DNA from: Octopus vulgaris
Taxonomy: Eukaryota
Direction: 5' to 3'
DNA length: 64,000 bases
Assembly: GCA_951406725.2 (NCBI GenBank)
Contig: OX597814.1
Location: forward strand, 62,000,001-62,064,000
The stretch's first letter is position 1. Each line of letters starts with the position of its first letter. The notes under the pieces were generated by a model. That model was not told the origin of the DNA and did not search any database. It saw only the letters and a list, made by a program, of their open reading frames with translations. The position numbers and the translations under genes are program-made. Below are positions 1 to 12,398 of the stretch, piece after piece.

Positions 1-128
1 TTCCAGATTCACTCACAAGGCTTTGGTTAGCCCAAGGCTGTAGTAGAATACACTTGCTCAAGGTGCCATGCAGTGGTACTGCACCTGGAACCATGTGGTT
101 AGGAATCAAGCTCCTTACCACACAGCCA
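1..128 (-). mobile_element. tRNA-derived SINE family A, 5' part (CpG-decayed)
   Basis: Reverse complement of the SINE head seen at 12037 and 40495. Confidence 0.85.
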
Positions 129-476
129 TGCACTGGTTTCTAATTTTATTTTCAATAATTGCTACTACAATAACAAAATCTTCAAAACTATTACATATTG
201 CATTGAAAGAAAAAAGATATCATTAATAAAATATAGACCAATAAGGAATTGATTATAGAAATTATACTAAATGATTAACCCTCTAAACACTGGCCCCCTT
301 TTGGGGGTTGGGGTGTGCATGTGTGCATGTAAATAATAGAAGTAAACAGAAGTAGATGACAGAATGGAATAATCAAAAATTGTTGGTAATGGAATTCTAG
401 ACCATAAGGTTAAAGGAGGAAGCAAAAATCAGCAGTAAACCTTGAACAATTCTTAAATATATTGTTAGTTACTTAC

Positions 477-605
477 AAGCATTAAATTTACATGGAAAGA
501 CATCATTTCTCTCGAGAGGTCTTGACTGTAGGCTGTGTAATAATCTCTTAGGTATTCAAATGCCCAAGCAGCACACTGAAAGTGGGTGCAGGATACTTTC
601 ATACC
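477..605 (-). CDS. PTPN23: PTPN23 coding exon 5 (Bro1 domain); gene continues beyond the window start
   Basis: ctatag|...|gtaagt; 129 nt; GMKVSCTHFQCAAWAFEYLRDYYTAYSQDLSREMMSFHVNLML. Confidence 0.96.
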
Positions 606-1211
606 CTATAGAGAGGGAAAAGAGAAAAATAGAATTTTGTTATCAAAATAGAAAAGAAAAAAAAAGAGGCAAGAGAAAATAAAATGTATTTGTTTACATT
701 AACAATGTCAAATATTTTTAAAACTATGCATGCACGCGCGCGCACACACACACTAAAAGTATGAAAACAGGCTTGGCCATTTAGGACAAACTTATGAAAA
801 TGCTTTGGACAAGCAAAGGGTTAAAAAAGAAATGGGAAAAACTAATGAATGGGAGACTGAAAAATAAAACTAATTTTTGCACCAAGCAATTTATATGGAG
901 TAACTTTGCATGAAGGAGTGGAACATACAAGTTCCTGTAATTCAAACCACCTTTTATATATTATATTAGATGGAAAATAAAATATATCTCTATTGCTGGA
1001 AACTCTTTCACGTGAATTTCGAGTTTAAAATACAGCTTTTTTTTTTTTTTAGTTGTGGTGGGGGGATGGGGGGGATATTTTGACAAAATTTGAGAAATGT
1101 ACAGTCTTCAAGAACTAGAAGTTTATATAGCTGTAAGACCATATCAATAGCAGCTGCAACGAAAAACATTAAAATAATACTGAGAGTATACAGCACTAAT
1201 GCATTACTTAC

Positions 1212-1338
1212 TTCTGCAGTTGTTCGTGTGTCAGCAGCTCCGAGGATGGAATGCAAGGCGCCAATGTTATATAATATGCATGCCTGTTCAAATTTAATGT
1301 CCTGGTATACATATTCTCTTCCCGTATGTACATCTTCC
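1212..1338 (-). CDS. PTPN23: PTPN23 coding exon 4 (Bro1 domain)
   Basis: atcag|G...GAA|gtaagt; 127 nt, completes the phase-2 Trp; EDVHTGREYVYQDIKFEQACILYNIGALHSILGAADTRTTAE (Bro1 E..C.LYN.GAL.S motif). Confidence 0.96.
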
Positions 1339-1411
1339 CTGATATAAAATAGAAGGAAAATATCAAAATATCTCATTATTTCTCTAATACTTGATAGGCC
1401 ATTTAAATATA

Positions 1412-1621
1412 CTAGCAGGACCTGTGACTATTTCATAGAATTAATGATAGGCTTATTGGATTATTTCTGAAAATTCTATCCAAAAAACCTGAAAGCATAA
1501 CATGCGTTGTGTCTCTAATCAAAAAAGTAGTCACTCATTTGCAAATCATTCAAAAGTGAAGGAAATTGGAATATAATGATTACATAAGGCACTTTATATA
1601 CTTTATGCACAATCTTATAGA
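1412..1621 (-). mobile_element. Short decayed Helitron-like remnant
   Basis: Minus strand ends in a decayed hairpin plus cctgCTAG|T at 1415-1412; possible TCTAT start near 1621. Confidence 0.35.
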
Positions 1622-2920
1622 CTTAATACACAGCACTTCCCCTCTTTCTCTCTCACTCTTCACCTTACCCTCTTTCTCTTTTTTTCTTTCACTTTTCATC
1701 TGTCTCTTCAAGCATTACAGACAGGGTAAGTAACAAGAAAAAGACTCAGTTAAAAAAAAACTACACATTTCACTCACCACCACCTCTCCCGTCCCCTCCC
1801 TCACCCCATCAACTAATCATGTGGAAACAGAGACTAAATAATGGAGGAACAAGCAGAATTATTACAAGTCTTGCAAAAATAAATAAAATAAATAACAATA
1901 AGGCAAATTATAAACTTAAACATTTCATGATTGAAATTAAGATTAGAGCAGCAATACCATTTTACCACTCACAAATTCTAGCAATTGGATCTCTTCTAAC
2001 AAGAACTCAGATTTTCAAATATCCCTTATTTTCTTTCTATTTAATAAATCTAAATGCCATTAAAACCCATTCAGATAAAATGTACCTTATACTCTACTGA
2101 TGAAGCTACATACTACCATCACTTTGTTCTCACATCTTTTATCAAGAATTGTTTATATTATATAACAGAGAGAAACTCAATGTAATTAACATTGATGGAC
2201 AAACAGTAACAAGCCTTCATAAACAGAACCAAACTGAACCTCAAGACCTGATTAACCTTATAAGGATAAAGAAGGCTTTAATAGGAACCCCTCTATTATG
2301 ATTAACCCCACCAAAACAATTATGGAGTGAATCAGTAAATCATTCTTAGATAGGATTTTACCTAAAGAGCCCAATTAGATCTTTGGGAAAATATACAGGC
2401 ATTGATTGACTTGTTTAACAGCATTCCTAATAAACTAAATACAAGGTTTATGAAATTTAATGTTAAAGATTATAAAGCATTGTGAATCTAACAAAAATCA
2501 CTAAATTCAAACTCGTTACTAGCATTGAGAAGTACAGGATTAATATCTTACAGTAAAGATAATCATTTTCTAATTTGGTAAATAACTTTGGATCAAGAAA
2601 GTATCAGACACCTCTTGATCTGGGTATGGATACAAGTGACTTGGCCAAAGTTACAGACCTAATCAGGCTATAATTGCTATTCCAACTCAGAAATTTTCAT
2701 ACAGCTATGATTGATTATAAATCTTTTCAAACTAATTCACAATTGAATTTGGTAAACATCACTTAAGATACTAAGGCTACAATAGTTAAGTTTTTAAATA
2801 TAACCCTTAACCTCTAAAATGGTTTAGTCATATTATCCCCCAAAACAAATATGACAGGGGTTTTAGAGAGTAGTGTCCCTGCCTTCCTGAGCTAGTTTTC
2901 CACCAAATTTCTTAAAATTC

Positions 2921-4579
2921 GTGGTAGAGGCCTTGGTCTTGAGACCACTCATGTCTAGAAACTGAGGCTGGGGTAAGCAAGGGCATGCTTCCCATAGAAA
3001 ATCCAGCTAAAAAAACACAAAAAACTCATAATAACAAAGGAGGATGGGCTCCAGCCAGGACTGAGTAAATGAAAGCCAGGTATAATAACATGAAGAATCA
3101 TGCAAAGAAGGTGGTTGCAAGATCTATGAGGAAGGAGGCTGAGGAGAGGTTGAGCAGGCTAGATGAGAACCCAGATAAAAGAGAAATTGAGGGAGGAAGA
3201 TGCATGAGAGGGAGTGATGGAAGGTTGAATTTTAGTGAGAAGGACAAGGAAAGAGATTGGAAGGAGCATATGGAGGGAATTATGAACAAGGAGAATGAAG
3301 GAGATCAGAGAGTGGAAGTTGCTGTGGTAAAAGGGCCAATGGAGAGGGTTAGTCAGGAAGAAATAGTGGAGGCAATGAAAGAAATGAAAACAGGAAAGGC
3401 AGCTGGTCCATCAGAAGTAAGTGTGGAAATGATAACTGCAAGTGGAAAGATAGAGATTGCTGTGTTGATGGAGCTCCACCAGGACATGCTGGATGGAAGA
3501 GGAATGCCAGATGATTGGGCACTAAGTGTGGTGGTACCGATCTTCAAGAGGAAGGGGGATGCAATGAGTTGTGGTACATATAGAGGAGTGAAGTTATAAG
3601 TGCATACAATGAAGATAGTAGAAAGGGTGTTGGAGAGGAGAATTCGGAAAATGGTGGATGTGGATGAGATGCAATTTGGTTTTATGCCAGGAAGGGGGAC
3701 AATAGATGTAGTGTTCATTGTAAAGAGATTGCAGGGGGAATACTGAGATAAGAGGAAGGAGGTGTACATGTGATTCGTTGATCTGGAGAAGGCATTTGAT
3801 ATGGTACCAAGGAAGGTGATTGGGGTGGGGCATTGAGGAAGATAGGTGTACTAGAGGTAATAGTGAGGCAGTGATGAGTTTGTATGAGGAGGTCAAGACA
3901 AGAGAGAATTGGATCAGAGCTGTTGGAGGAGTTTGCAGTGAAAGTTGGAGTGCATCAGGGATCTGTGCTGTCACCATTGTTGTTTGCAATAGTGGTTGAT
4001 GTGGTGATAGAGAGCGGACTGCTAATGGAGATACTGTATGCTGATGACCTTGTTCTGATGAGTGAGACTATGGAGGGATTGAAGGAGAAATTTTGGAAAT
4101 GGAAAGAGGCGTTTGAAAGCAAAGGTTTGAAGGTAAACCTCAGGAAGACAAAGGTGATGGTGAGTGGGATGGAAGGAGAAGTGTTATTGAGTATGGTGGA
4201 TCAATGTGGTGTATGTGGGAGGAGGGTAATGGCAAATGTGGTGTTGTGTACGAGATGTGAGAAATGGATTCATGATAGATGTACGAAAATGAAAATGGTG
4301 ACAAGAGAGTTTGTGGAAGATGTGAGAAAGGAACTGGAAGGCTAGCAAAATCAGTGGAAACACTATGTGACGAAGTGGAGACAGTGAGAGGGTTTTGTTA
4401 TTTGGGAGATGTGGTGGACGTGAAGTAACTGTGATAGCAAGAGCGAGACTTGGCTGGGTGAAATTCAGGGAATGTGGAGCAATATTATATGGGAAAAGGT
4501 TCTCATTAAAGACGAAAGGAAGGGTCTATAAGAGTTGTGTAAGAGCTGCAATGCTGTATGGGAGTGAGACACGGTGTTT

Positions 4580-4614
<35 letters not shown>

Positions 4615-5016
4615 TGGGAAGGACAGAGAGCAATAGTGAGAGAAATGTGTAGCGGGAGGCTGTTTGATAAGAGGAGGACTGAAGACTTGATGGGGACGCT
4701 GGAGTTGGAGGAATCAGTGGAATGGCTGGCAAGGGTGAATGGAGTGTGGTGGTATGGGCAAGTGTTGAGGAGGGATGGGGAGCATATTCTGAAGATGGTG
4801 CTAGAGTTTGAGATGAATGGATTGTGAAAGCAAGGTAGACCAAGGAAAATGTGGAAGGGGCAGGTGATGGAGGTGACTGGGAGGGTTGGCTTGAGAAGGG
4901 AGGACACAAAAAACCGAGCAAGATGGCAAGATGATGTGAGGACAGTTGCTATGGCACTGAGGTAAATCCGGCCACTCCTGTTAATGGGGACAAAACCCAG
5001 ATTCAGATGGATGGAT
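2921..5016 (+). mobile_element. Decayed RTE-clade LINE (reverse transcriptase)
   Basis: Fragments KAAGP, YRGVKL, QFGFMPGRGT.D, DLEKAFD, GVHQGSVLSPLLF, LYADDLVL, FCYLG, MLYGSET, GRPRK.W; several stops and frameshifts; GATG-repeat tail at about 5006-5016. Confidence 0.9.
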
Positions 5017-5339
5017 AAATAGACAACCTAACTACCCAAAATATATAACTAGGGATATAGTTTGAAATACCATTTAAACTGTCCAATACTTCAACATAAA
5101 ATGATATTTTAAAAGATCATTAATTATTGTCAGTTTTCCATGCTGGCATGGATTAGACAGTGTAACTGGAACTGCTAAGCCATAGAAATGAACCAAGCTC
5201 CAGTCTGTTTTGGCATGGCTTTTATAGTTGAATATCCTTCCTAACACCAACCACTTTACAGAGTATACCGGGAGCCTTTTTCATGTCACCAGCACAAGTG
5301 ATCATCTTTTGTATTACAATAAGATCTAAGCAAGAACAG

Positions 5340-5990
5340 ATTACACTGCTAAGATTCAATACATCTCTACTCCTGAGAGAAATAGACAAACATATCTGCT
5401 ACTATAATCCATATAATTTGGAAGTCACTAATCTTTTTGCAAAACTATTTGCTACTCTCAGGAAAAATTTCCCCATACAACATAAGATACTATCAAATCT
5501 TTACTAACAATACCATTTCATTATCCAATTCAATTATATTCAATTTAGCTTCTAACTTGGCTAAAATAAATTCTAGTATGAATATTACGTTTAATTGTAA
5601 TTTCACTAATCCCAGCAAGTGTCCCTTAGATAATAATTGTTTAGCTAAGATAAGTATATAAATGCACTGTAAAAAAAAAAAAAATTAAAGAAAATTAATT
5701 ATCATATAGCAAAGTTTATATTAGATTTACTGCTAACAATTGTAAAATTAAAGTACTCTACCTACTCTTTCAAGAACCCAGACATGTCTTTATCATTGGG
5801 GTATATGGAAATTGGAGAATAATAATATGCTTTTCCAAATTAAATGAAACTTTAAAAGGAAATTTAAAACATTGTGTTACTTGTGCGCAACTGGGATATT
5901 TGAGATACTCTTTGCTAAGGAATATTTACCAATAAACTTAATATCCTTGCATAATCAAGACTTGAAAACATTACCAAGATTGATAAATTA
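5340..5990 (+). mobile_element. Degraded Penelope-like element, GIY-YIG endonuclease region
   Basis: CNFTNPSKCPLDNNCLAKISIxxCTV resembles the Penelope CNC...CPL.G.CL...IY motif; heavily decayed. Confidence 0.55.
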
Positions 5991-6195
5991 ACCTTCTTCT
6001 GGAAATGAATTTGATTCTTCTATATGTAATATTTTCTCTTGTCTACATAATTAATCCTCTGGTTAATATAACCCTATTCTAACCATTAAGAACTAAAGAT
6101 ATGAACTCACAAACAAGGACTTTTTTTCCATACCTAAATGAAAATGCCTAAATTCAACTTTAAAAAAAAAAAAAAAGAACTCATCTTCGTTTATG

Positions 6196-6712
6196 CAGTA
6201 ATACCTCACTTTACGAGTTTTAGTTTGCAGCTCACTTTTGTATGGTAAGCTGAAATTTTTCAAGCACAAGATCCAAATTTTTAATGAAGTGCTACCATAA
6301 ATGCTTCTGCGGGTTACCAAGAAATTTATAGAGTGATAAAAAGCTTCTTCTAGGCAAACAACTCTAGCCTTGTTTTTTAAAAAGAAATCTACAAGTCCAT
6401 CTACACGAGCTTGTGAATCAGTGACCATGTCTACAAGTGATGGTGTGAGCATGTCGAATGAAAGTGATTCAGAAAACTATTATAACAACATTTATTATAA
6501 ATGATCTTGACATTCATTTTACTTACATAAAATATATTCTTTACATTCTACTGTTTTATTGCCATTTATTTTACAAGTATTATAAATTTTATAGATAAAA
6601 TATTTTGGGGGGAACGAATTACGACTCATAACATTGCTACTATGGGAAATTATTACTCTGCTTTACAAGTGGCCTCCAGGAATAAATTAACTTGTATATC
6701 AAGGCATTACTG
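6196..6712. mobile_element. Tigger/pogo-like MITE
   Basis: Termini CAGTAATACCTC ... CAAGGCATTACTG followed by TA; subterminal ggaacgaatt motifs. Confidence 0.6.
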
Positions 6713-7248
6713 TATTTCAAAAATTAAAAACTGCATCAATGACTCATTGTCATAACATAAATGAATTTCTTTACACTTATGTGACTTAGAGGTAGAAACT
6801 ACACTAAAATCTCTTTAAAAAGAAGCTAAAAAAAATCCCAAAAAAAACACGCACACACGGAAAAAGGTGATAGCGATGAAAGGTTAACATAATTCACAAT
6901 TAATTTTAAGCTTGCGATACAAATTGATATTTTTCCTCAATGGGATATGTAATATGGGATATGTAATAAAAATTGCAATATACAAAATAGAAAAATATAG
7001 TTTTATTGACTCATATTTCTGCTATTTGTAAAAATAGTGAAGAACTTAATGACATGTAGGTTAAATGATTTCATAATGATAATATCCAATAATCAATTTG
7101 GTTTCTAAACTAGACTATCACCAGAATATACAGTAAATAAGCTAGAGAATAAACTGTCCACACAATTATATAAGAAAAAATTATCAGCACCAGAGTATTT
7201 GCTGATTTGACCAAGGAGTTTATCTTAATTACTTTAAAAAAAAATAAA

Positions 7249-8079
7249 TCTAATCTATAAAATGAAGAAGGCAAACATTGATACAAATTGGATTTTTATG
7301 TAAAAAGGGGTCTAAATGGGGCTGGAAGGGGATCAAAATTTACAGGAGGGGGTAACTTGAGGTCAGAAATTGATTGGGAGATGTTTTGGGGCACTGCAGT
7401 AGTTCCTTAGGTGTGAAAACAGGGATTTTATTGATTTTGGGGGACACTTGAGGGGGTAGATTGGACACCTTTTACCTGATTTCAATCAAATTTTCAAATG
7501 GTAAAGTGGAAGCAGATTTGTAATTTAAGCGTGGAAAATGGGTTCAAAATTTTGAAAATTAAGGCAAGATTTTTGAAGTTGAAAAAATTTCTCATTTTTA
7601 CATATTTTTGCTTTTTATTTTTTTATTGTTTACAGCTTTCATTTTTTCTGAAAGAAATTTACAGCTGCATGTAGCCCGTGTTTAGAGCTTTCATTTGCAT
7701 GATTAATTGTCGAAAAATTCCCAAAATAAGTACTAAATTTAACAAAGAAATCCTTTTTTTCCTTATTTTTAATCACTCAAATAGTGGCACGTACAAAAGG
7801 TAAATGTGCTTTCCATTGTCACTGCCTGATATTTATGATTGATCTTTCAAAATATTTTTCTTTCTCAACTTACTCAAGATCTTTTGTCTTTTATAAATGG
7901 GAGAGAGATAGATAGAGAATAAGAGAAAGTGAGGGAGAGTCCGAGAGAAAGGAAGAGTAAGAGAGTGGGAAAGGAGAGAGAAACAAAGAGGGAGAATGTG
8001 GTGATAAGAAACAGAAGGAAGTAACAGAAAGTAACAACCACACCCTCACCAGCGCATAGAGTGGGTCACCTTAAGCTAG
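7249..8079 (+). mobile_element. Non-autonomous Helitron
   Basis: A|TCTAATCTATAA 5' end; imperfect 3' GC-rich hairpin (ctcaccagcgcatagagtggg) followed by CTAG|T; no TSD. Confidence 0.65.
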
Positions 8080-9220
8080 TATTCATATAAAGTAGGAAAG
8101 TGCAACACGCCTAAATTTTTATACAAGTTCTCTCCTTGATAGGTTTATGATAAAATGCACTGACATTTTCTTATAATAAAAAAAAAATAAAAACCTAAGA
8201 ATCCTCCAGAGATAAATACTAGTACTATTACAACTTTTTTTATATACACTAATGACTGAATTGAATCCCAAATATCCCTTACTAGTTTTGCAGACATTAA
8301 CTTATATATTGATAGGTAAACTAGCATAAATGGAACAAGGGGAATGAGAGGGACAGTTGGACAATGTGAGGAGGTTGCAACACGTAGACAAAAATTCAAA
8401 AGGTGGTGGACAAAATATAAACAGACACACACACACAAAATGTTGTACACAGTAAGTTGTAGTCAAGAAAAAGGAAAAGAATTAAATTCAAACAACTGTT
8501 AACCTTTTAGCATTCAGTTAATTCTGACAAATGTAATGCTTTTACATTCACATTGCTTTTAATTAATCATATATTACACCACAGCTTCGAAATTTTGATG
8601 ATGTGATTGTGTATTTTTAGAATGGAACTGAAGGGTAGATGTGATAGGCTAGATCCAACTGGTTAAGAAAGAAAACAGGTAGCATATTTGGGTTGGATAT
8701 GGCCAGTTTAAATGCTAAAGGATTAATGAAGCTGACTCAAAAATATTTGCTGAATTACCTAATTTAGATAGCTGTTCAAATCAAGACTTTCCCCAAATCA
8801 TAAAACTAAATTTATTATTTTTTTTTAATCTAGAATAATGATCAAAATCTAGGTCCCTTATTTTACTAAGATGGAATTGGATGAGATGATCATGTAAAAA
8901 TTTTCAATGCTTAAGTGGAAACATAAACATAGTACCTAAAATATCAAAAACTGTTATATTTAAGCAGGTCTTTTTATGCTTGATGAAAATATATATTCTT
9001 TGGAGATAAATTCATGTATTCTATATGAAAACAAAATGGCCAAGTAAAAATAAGATCAACAATATTAAAAATCATCCACAAGAATCCAGATAAAAACAGA
9101 CCTAGTAATTCATCCAATTTTATCCAGCTTAATATAATATCTATTTACTATGTAAGTTTTATATACAAGTATATTTATGCTAAAACAATAATAGAAATTT
9201 GTTACCAAATATCACTTTAC

Positions 9221-9277
9221 CAAGTGACATGCAAGCATAAACAGCTAATAGGTTAAAGAGTGAATAAAATAGTTATC
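9221..9277 (-). other. Candidate 57-nt cassette (poison) exon in PTPN23 intron 3
   Basis: Strong acceptor ttaattttccttttcactttcag| and donor TTG|gtaaag; in-frame TAA. Confidence 0.5.
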
Positions 9278-9444
9278 CTGAAAGTGAAAAGGAAAATTAA
9301 GTAAACCATTAACATAAGTGGCCCAGTGGTGTAGAATCAACTACTTCAAAGTATAACTAGCTTCAAATTTTTAAAAGTATCTTAACACAAACAATGCTAA
9401 CAATGTTGGTTAATACTCTCAGCCAATCCCTATTCTTAAGTACT

Positions 9445-9700
9445 CATCATCATCATCATCGTTTAATGTCCGTTTTCCGTGCTAGCATGGGTTGGACGGT
9501 TCAACCGGGGTCGAGGAAGCCAGGAGGCTGCACCAGGCTCCAGTCTGATCTGGCAGTGTTTCTACAGCTGGATGCCCTTCCTAATGCCAACCACTCCGTG
9601 AGTGTAGTGGGTGCTTTTTACGTTCCACCGGCACAGAAGCCAGTCAAGGCGGAGCTGGCATCGGCCATATTCGGATGGTGCCACGTTCGGATGGTGACTG
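9445..9700 (-). mobile_element. RTE-3'-end-related repeat (family C) with (CAT)n tail
   Basis: catcatcat...tttccgtgctagcatgggttggacgg...gcccttcctaatgccaaccact; related copies at 5125-5300, 17375-17505, 24700-24800, 59475-59760 (+) and 63570-63780 (-). Confidence 0.8.
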
Positions 9701-11389
9701 CTTAATTATTATAAAATACTAACAATTGTTGTCATACATCCCAAGTTGATTCTAATAAGATATGTTATTAATAACTGAAGTCAGTTGTAGTGAATTTCAT
9801 CACAATCAAATTAGTAAGCTTGGTTATTCGATACTAATGTCCTTATGATATGGTGAAAATATAAAGCGTTTTTCTTTTCTTTTCTTTTTTTAAATATAGT
9901 GAGGAACATCACAGTAACATACATAAACTTCATTCAATTTGTAATTATTATGTGATTATCCTAGCTTAAAAGAACAGAATGTTCAATACAAAAAGTTTCT
10001 GCAATGCAAATGGTAGAATTATATCTTGTGAGTCACAAAATCCTTTGAATAAAAAAAAAGGAACACAATGTTTCTGGTACTATAATCATAAAAGACATGT
10101 GAATATCTGTCAGTACTGATCCCCTCATCCATGGATACAAGGGGCCTACCACATAAGGCTTATGTGATAGATATTCTACATCCATGGAGAAGGGGATCAA
10201 AAGGAAATTTTGAAAATCGTGTGGCTTGTATCACTTATATTGTAAGTGATATACCATCTTAGTGAGAAGATAATCATTATTTTAATACATTCACAATTCT
10301 TTCAGCACTTCATAATGAATTTGTTATTTTATTAACTGAAACTTAAGCCTTAATTCCTACTCTTAATATGACTGTCTAGGTGTAGACTTGGTTTCAGCAT
10401 TACAGGTATAGTACAAGTTTACCGCTTTCAAGATTTGGCTTAATCTAAATACATGAAAAACTACACAACACAGGATAAATTTCAACTGAAAAGTCTCTTG
10501 ATCATATAGAGACTACCTTGTGATTGATAGAAATGATTAACTAAAAAATATATATACTATATAAAGTAATAACTACATTTTTGTCCAGTTTCCTTGGAAG
10601 CACGGAACAAATCTATTAATGTTTAGCTTTAGGTCAGCCCTGATCAAATAGATATATAATCAAAGGCATTCCAGCCATGACTTTCCATCATTTTTTTTTC
10701 AGACAGTTTATTTAAGACTGCATTATTATATAAGGTACACAAGATGGTAAACTATGACTTGAGGAGAATATTGCTGCTATTTCTATCATTAATATTAAAT
10801 ATCTAATTTTAAAAACAGTAAATATATACAATGTGTATCTCAGTTTTTAAAATAGGTACACTGAGCCTAAGCATGTTTCAAGTAATAAAATAGTTGGTAC
10901 AAGGAAGGGTATCCATCATGGAGACAATGCCATCCCGCCTACAACAACAATGAAATGCTGATGTCAAACTGATGAAGTAAAACATCCAATAAGTAAATAT
11001 TCAGATCGGCTGTGCCATACAAGTATAGATCAATAGATTCAATATTAATTTTTTATATTAGCACAAAATTACAAATTTATAGAGCAAGTAGATATGTAGT
11101 CAATCGAATTACTACATGAGCTTATTGAACATGACACGAAAAGGAGATATCCAGGGAAACTGAACAAAGAACAGAAGTGAACGAAGGACAGAGGCACAGA
11201 CATATTTATGTCACCATAACTTAGCTCAGCAAAAGAGTAAGGACAGAGATATTTAAATAGTTAAAAGATTTTAGTCCTGTGCTATCATTTCTGCCTTTTT
11301 GAATTTAATGATAAAAAGAAAGAATAATGTTAATAATAAATTGGGAGTAGAACAAATTTTAAAGCAAACTTAGACATGTTAAAATTTAC

Positions 11390-11517
11390 CAGGTGAAAGG
11401 TATAGCATCCTCATCATCTTGGCCAAGCTTAAAACGGCTCTGTAAAAACTGAAGCTGTGCATAATATCTTTTTAGTGTACTGCAGCCAGTGAAATCCCGA
11501 GGAACACTAACAGCAAC
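11390..11517 (-). CDS. PTPN23: PTPN23 coding exon 3 (Bro1 domain)
   Basis: tttcag|...TG|gtaaat; 128 nt; VAVSVPRDFTGCSTLKRYYAQLQFLQSRFKLGQDDEDAIPFT(W); ends in phase 2. Confidence 0.95.
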
Positions 11518-12036
11518 CTGAAATTCAAGAAACTTGACATTAAAATTTGTGCAGTCAGGATCCTAATTTTCATGTACATAAGAAAAAAGATTAAAACTTA
11601 TAACACTAGTCATAGGAATAAGCATATATTTACATTCTACCATGTTCTCAACTACATTAAATTTCAACACTCCAAGATTTTGTTTCTTTATAAATGGGTA
11701 GCTACATAAATGAAAAAAAAAATTTAAATGCTTAATTTCAAATGTCTTGTAACTTTTTCTTTTTTTTCAGATTAGAATAACAAGAGTTATATAGGCTCTA
11801 GTTCATGAATGACTTTCACCAATAATTGAGGCATTGAAAAGGTTAATATTTGATGCCTTTAAAATTTTACTTTAAGCTGTGCTTCCCTTCCTTTTTCTCC
11901 CATTCTCCCTCCCTCTCATACACTGTGTTGATTTTTTTCAAGTAAAATCATTCAAAGCATATAACTCTCACAGTTACAATCTCACTAGTATTACAGAATC
12001 AAGATGTAGATAAAAAGAAAAATAATTGCTCCTATA

Positions 12037-12398
12037 GGTGCAGGAGTGGTTGTGTGGTTAGAAGCTTGCTTCCCAACCACATGGTTCCAGGTTCAGTCCT
12101 GCTGCATGGCACCTTGGGCAAGTGTCATCTGCTACAACCTCGGGCTGACCAAAGCCTTGTGAGTGGATTTGGCAGACAGAAACTGAAAGAAATCCGTCGT
12201 GTGTATGTGTGTGTGTGCCCACCATCACTTGACAACCGATGTTAGTGTGTTTACATCCTGTAACTTAGCAGTTCGGTAAAAGAGACTGATAAAATAAGTA
12301 CTACGCTTACAAAGAATAAGTCCTGGGGTCAATTTATTCTACTAAAGGCAGTGCTCCACTATGGCCACAGTCAAATGACTGAAACACGTAAAAAAGTA
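12037..12398 (+). mobile_element. tRNA-derived SINE family A, full length
   Basis: A box (gtggttgtgtggtta), B-box-like ggttcagtcc, core ccttgggcaagtgtc, internal (TG)n, 3' ...cagtcaaatgactgaaac. Confidence 0.9.

Noticed and set aside
1008-1376. 122-aa ORF as a standalone gene
   Set aside because: Only 1212-1338 is exon; the rest is intronic read-through.
6940-6968. 14-bp tandem duplication ATGGGATATGTAAT x2
   Set aside because: Ordinary slippage duplication with no further structure.
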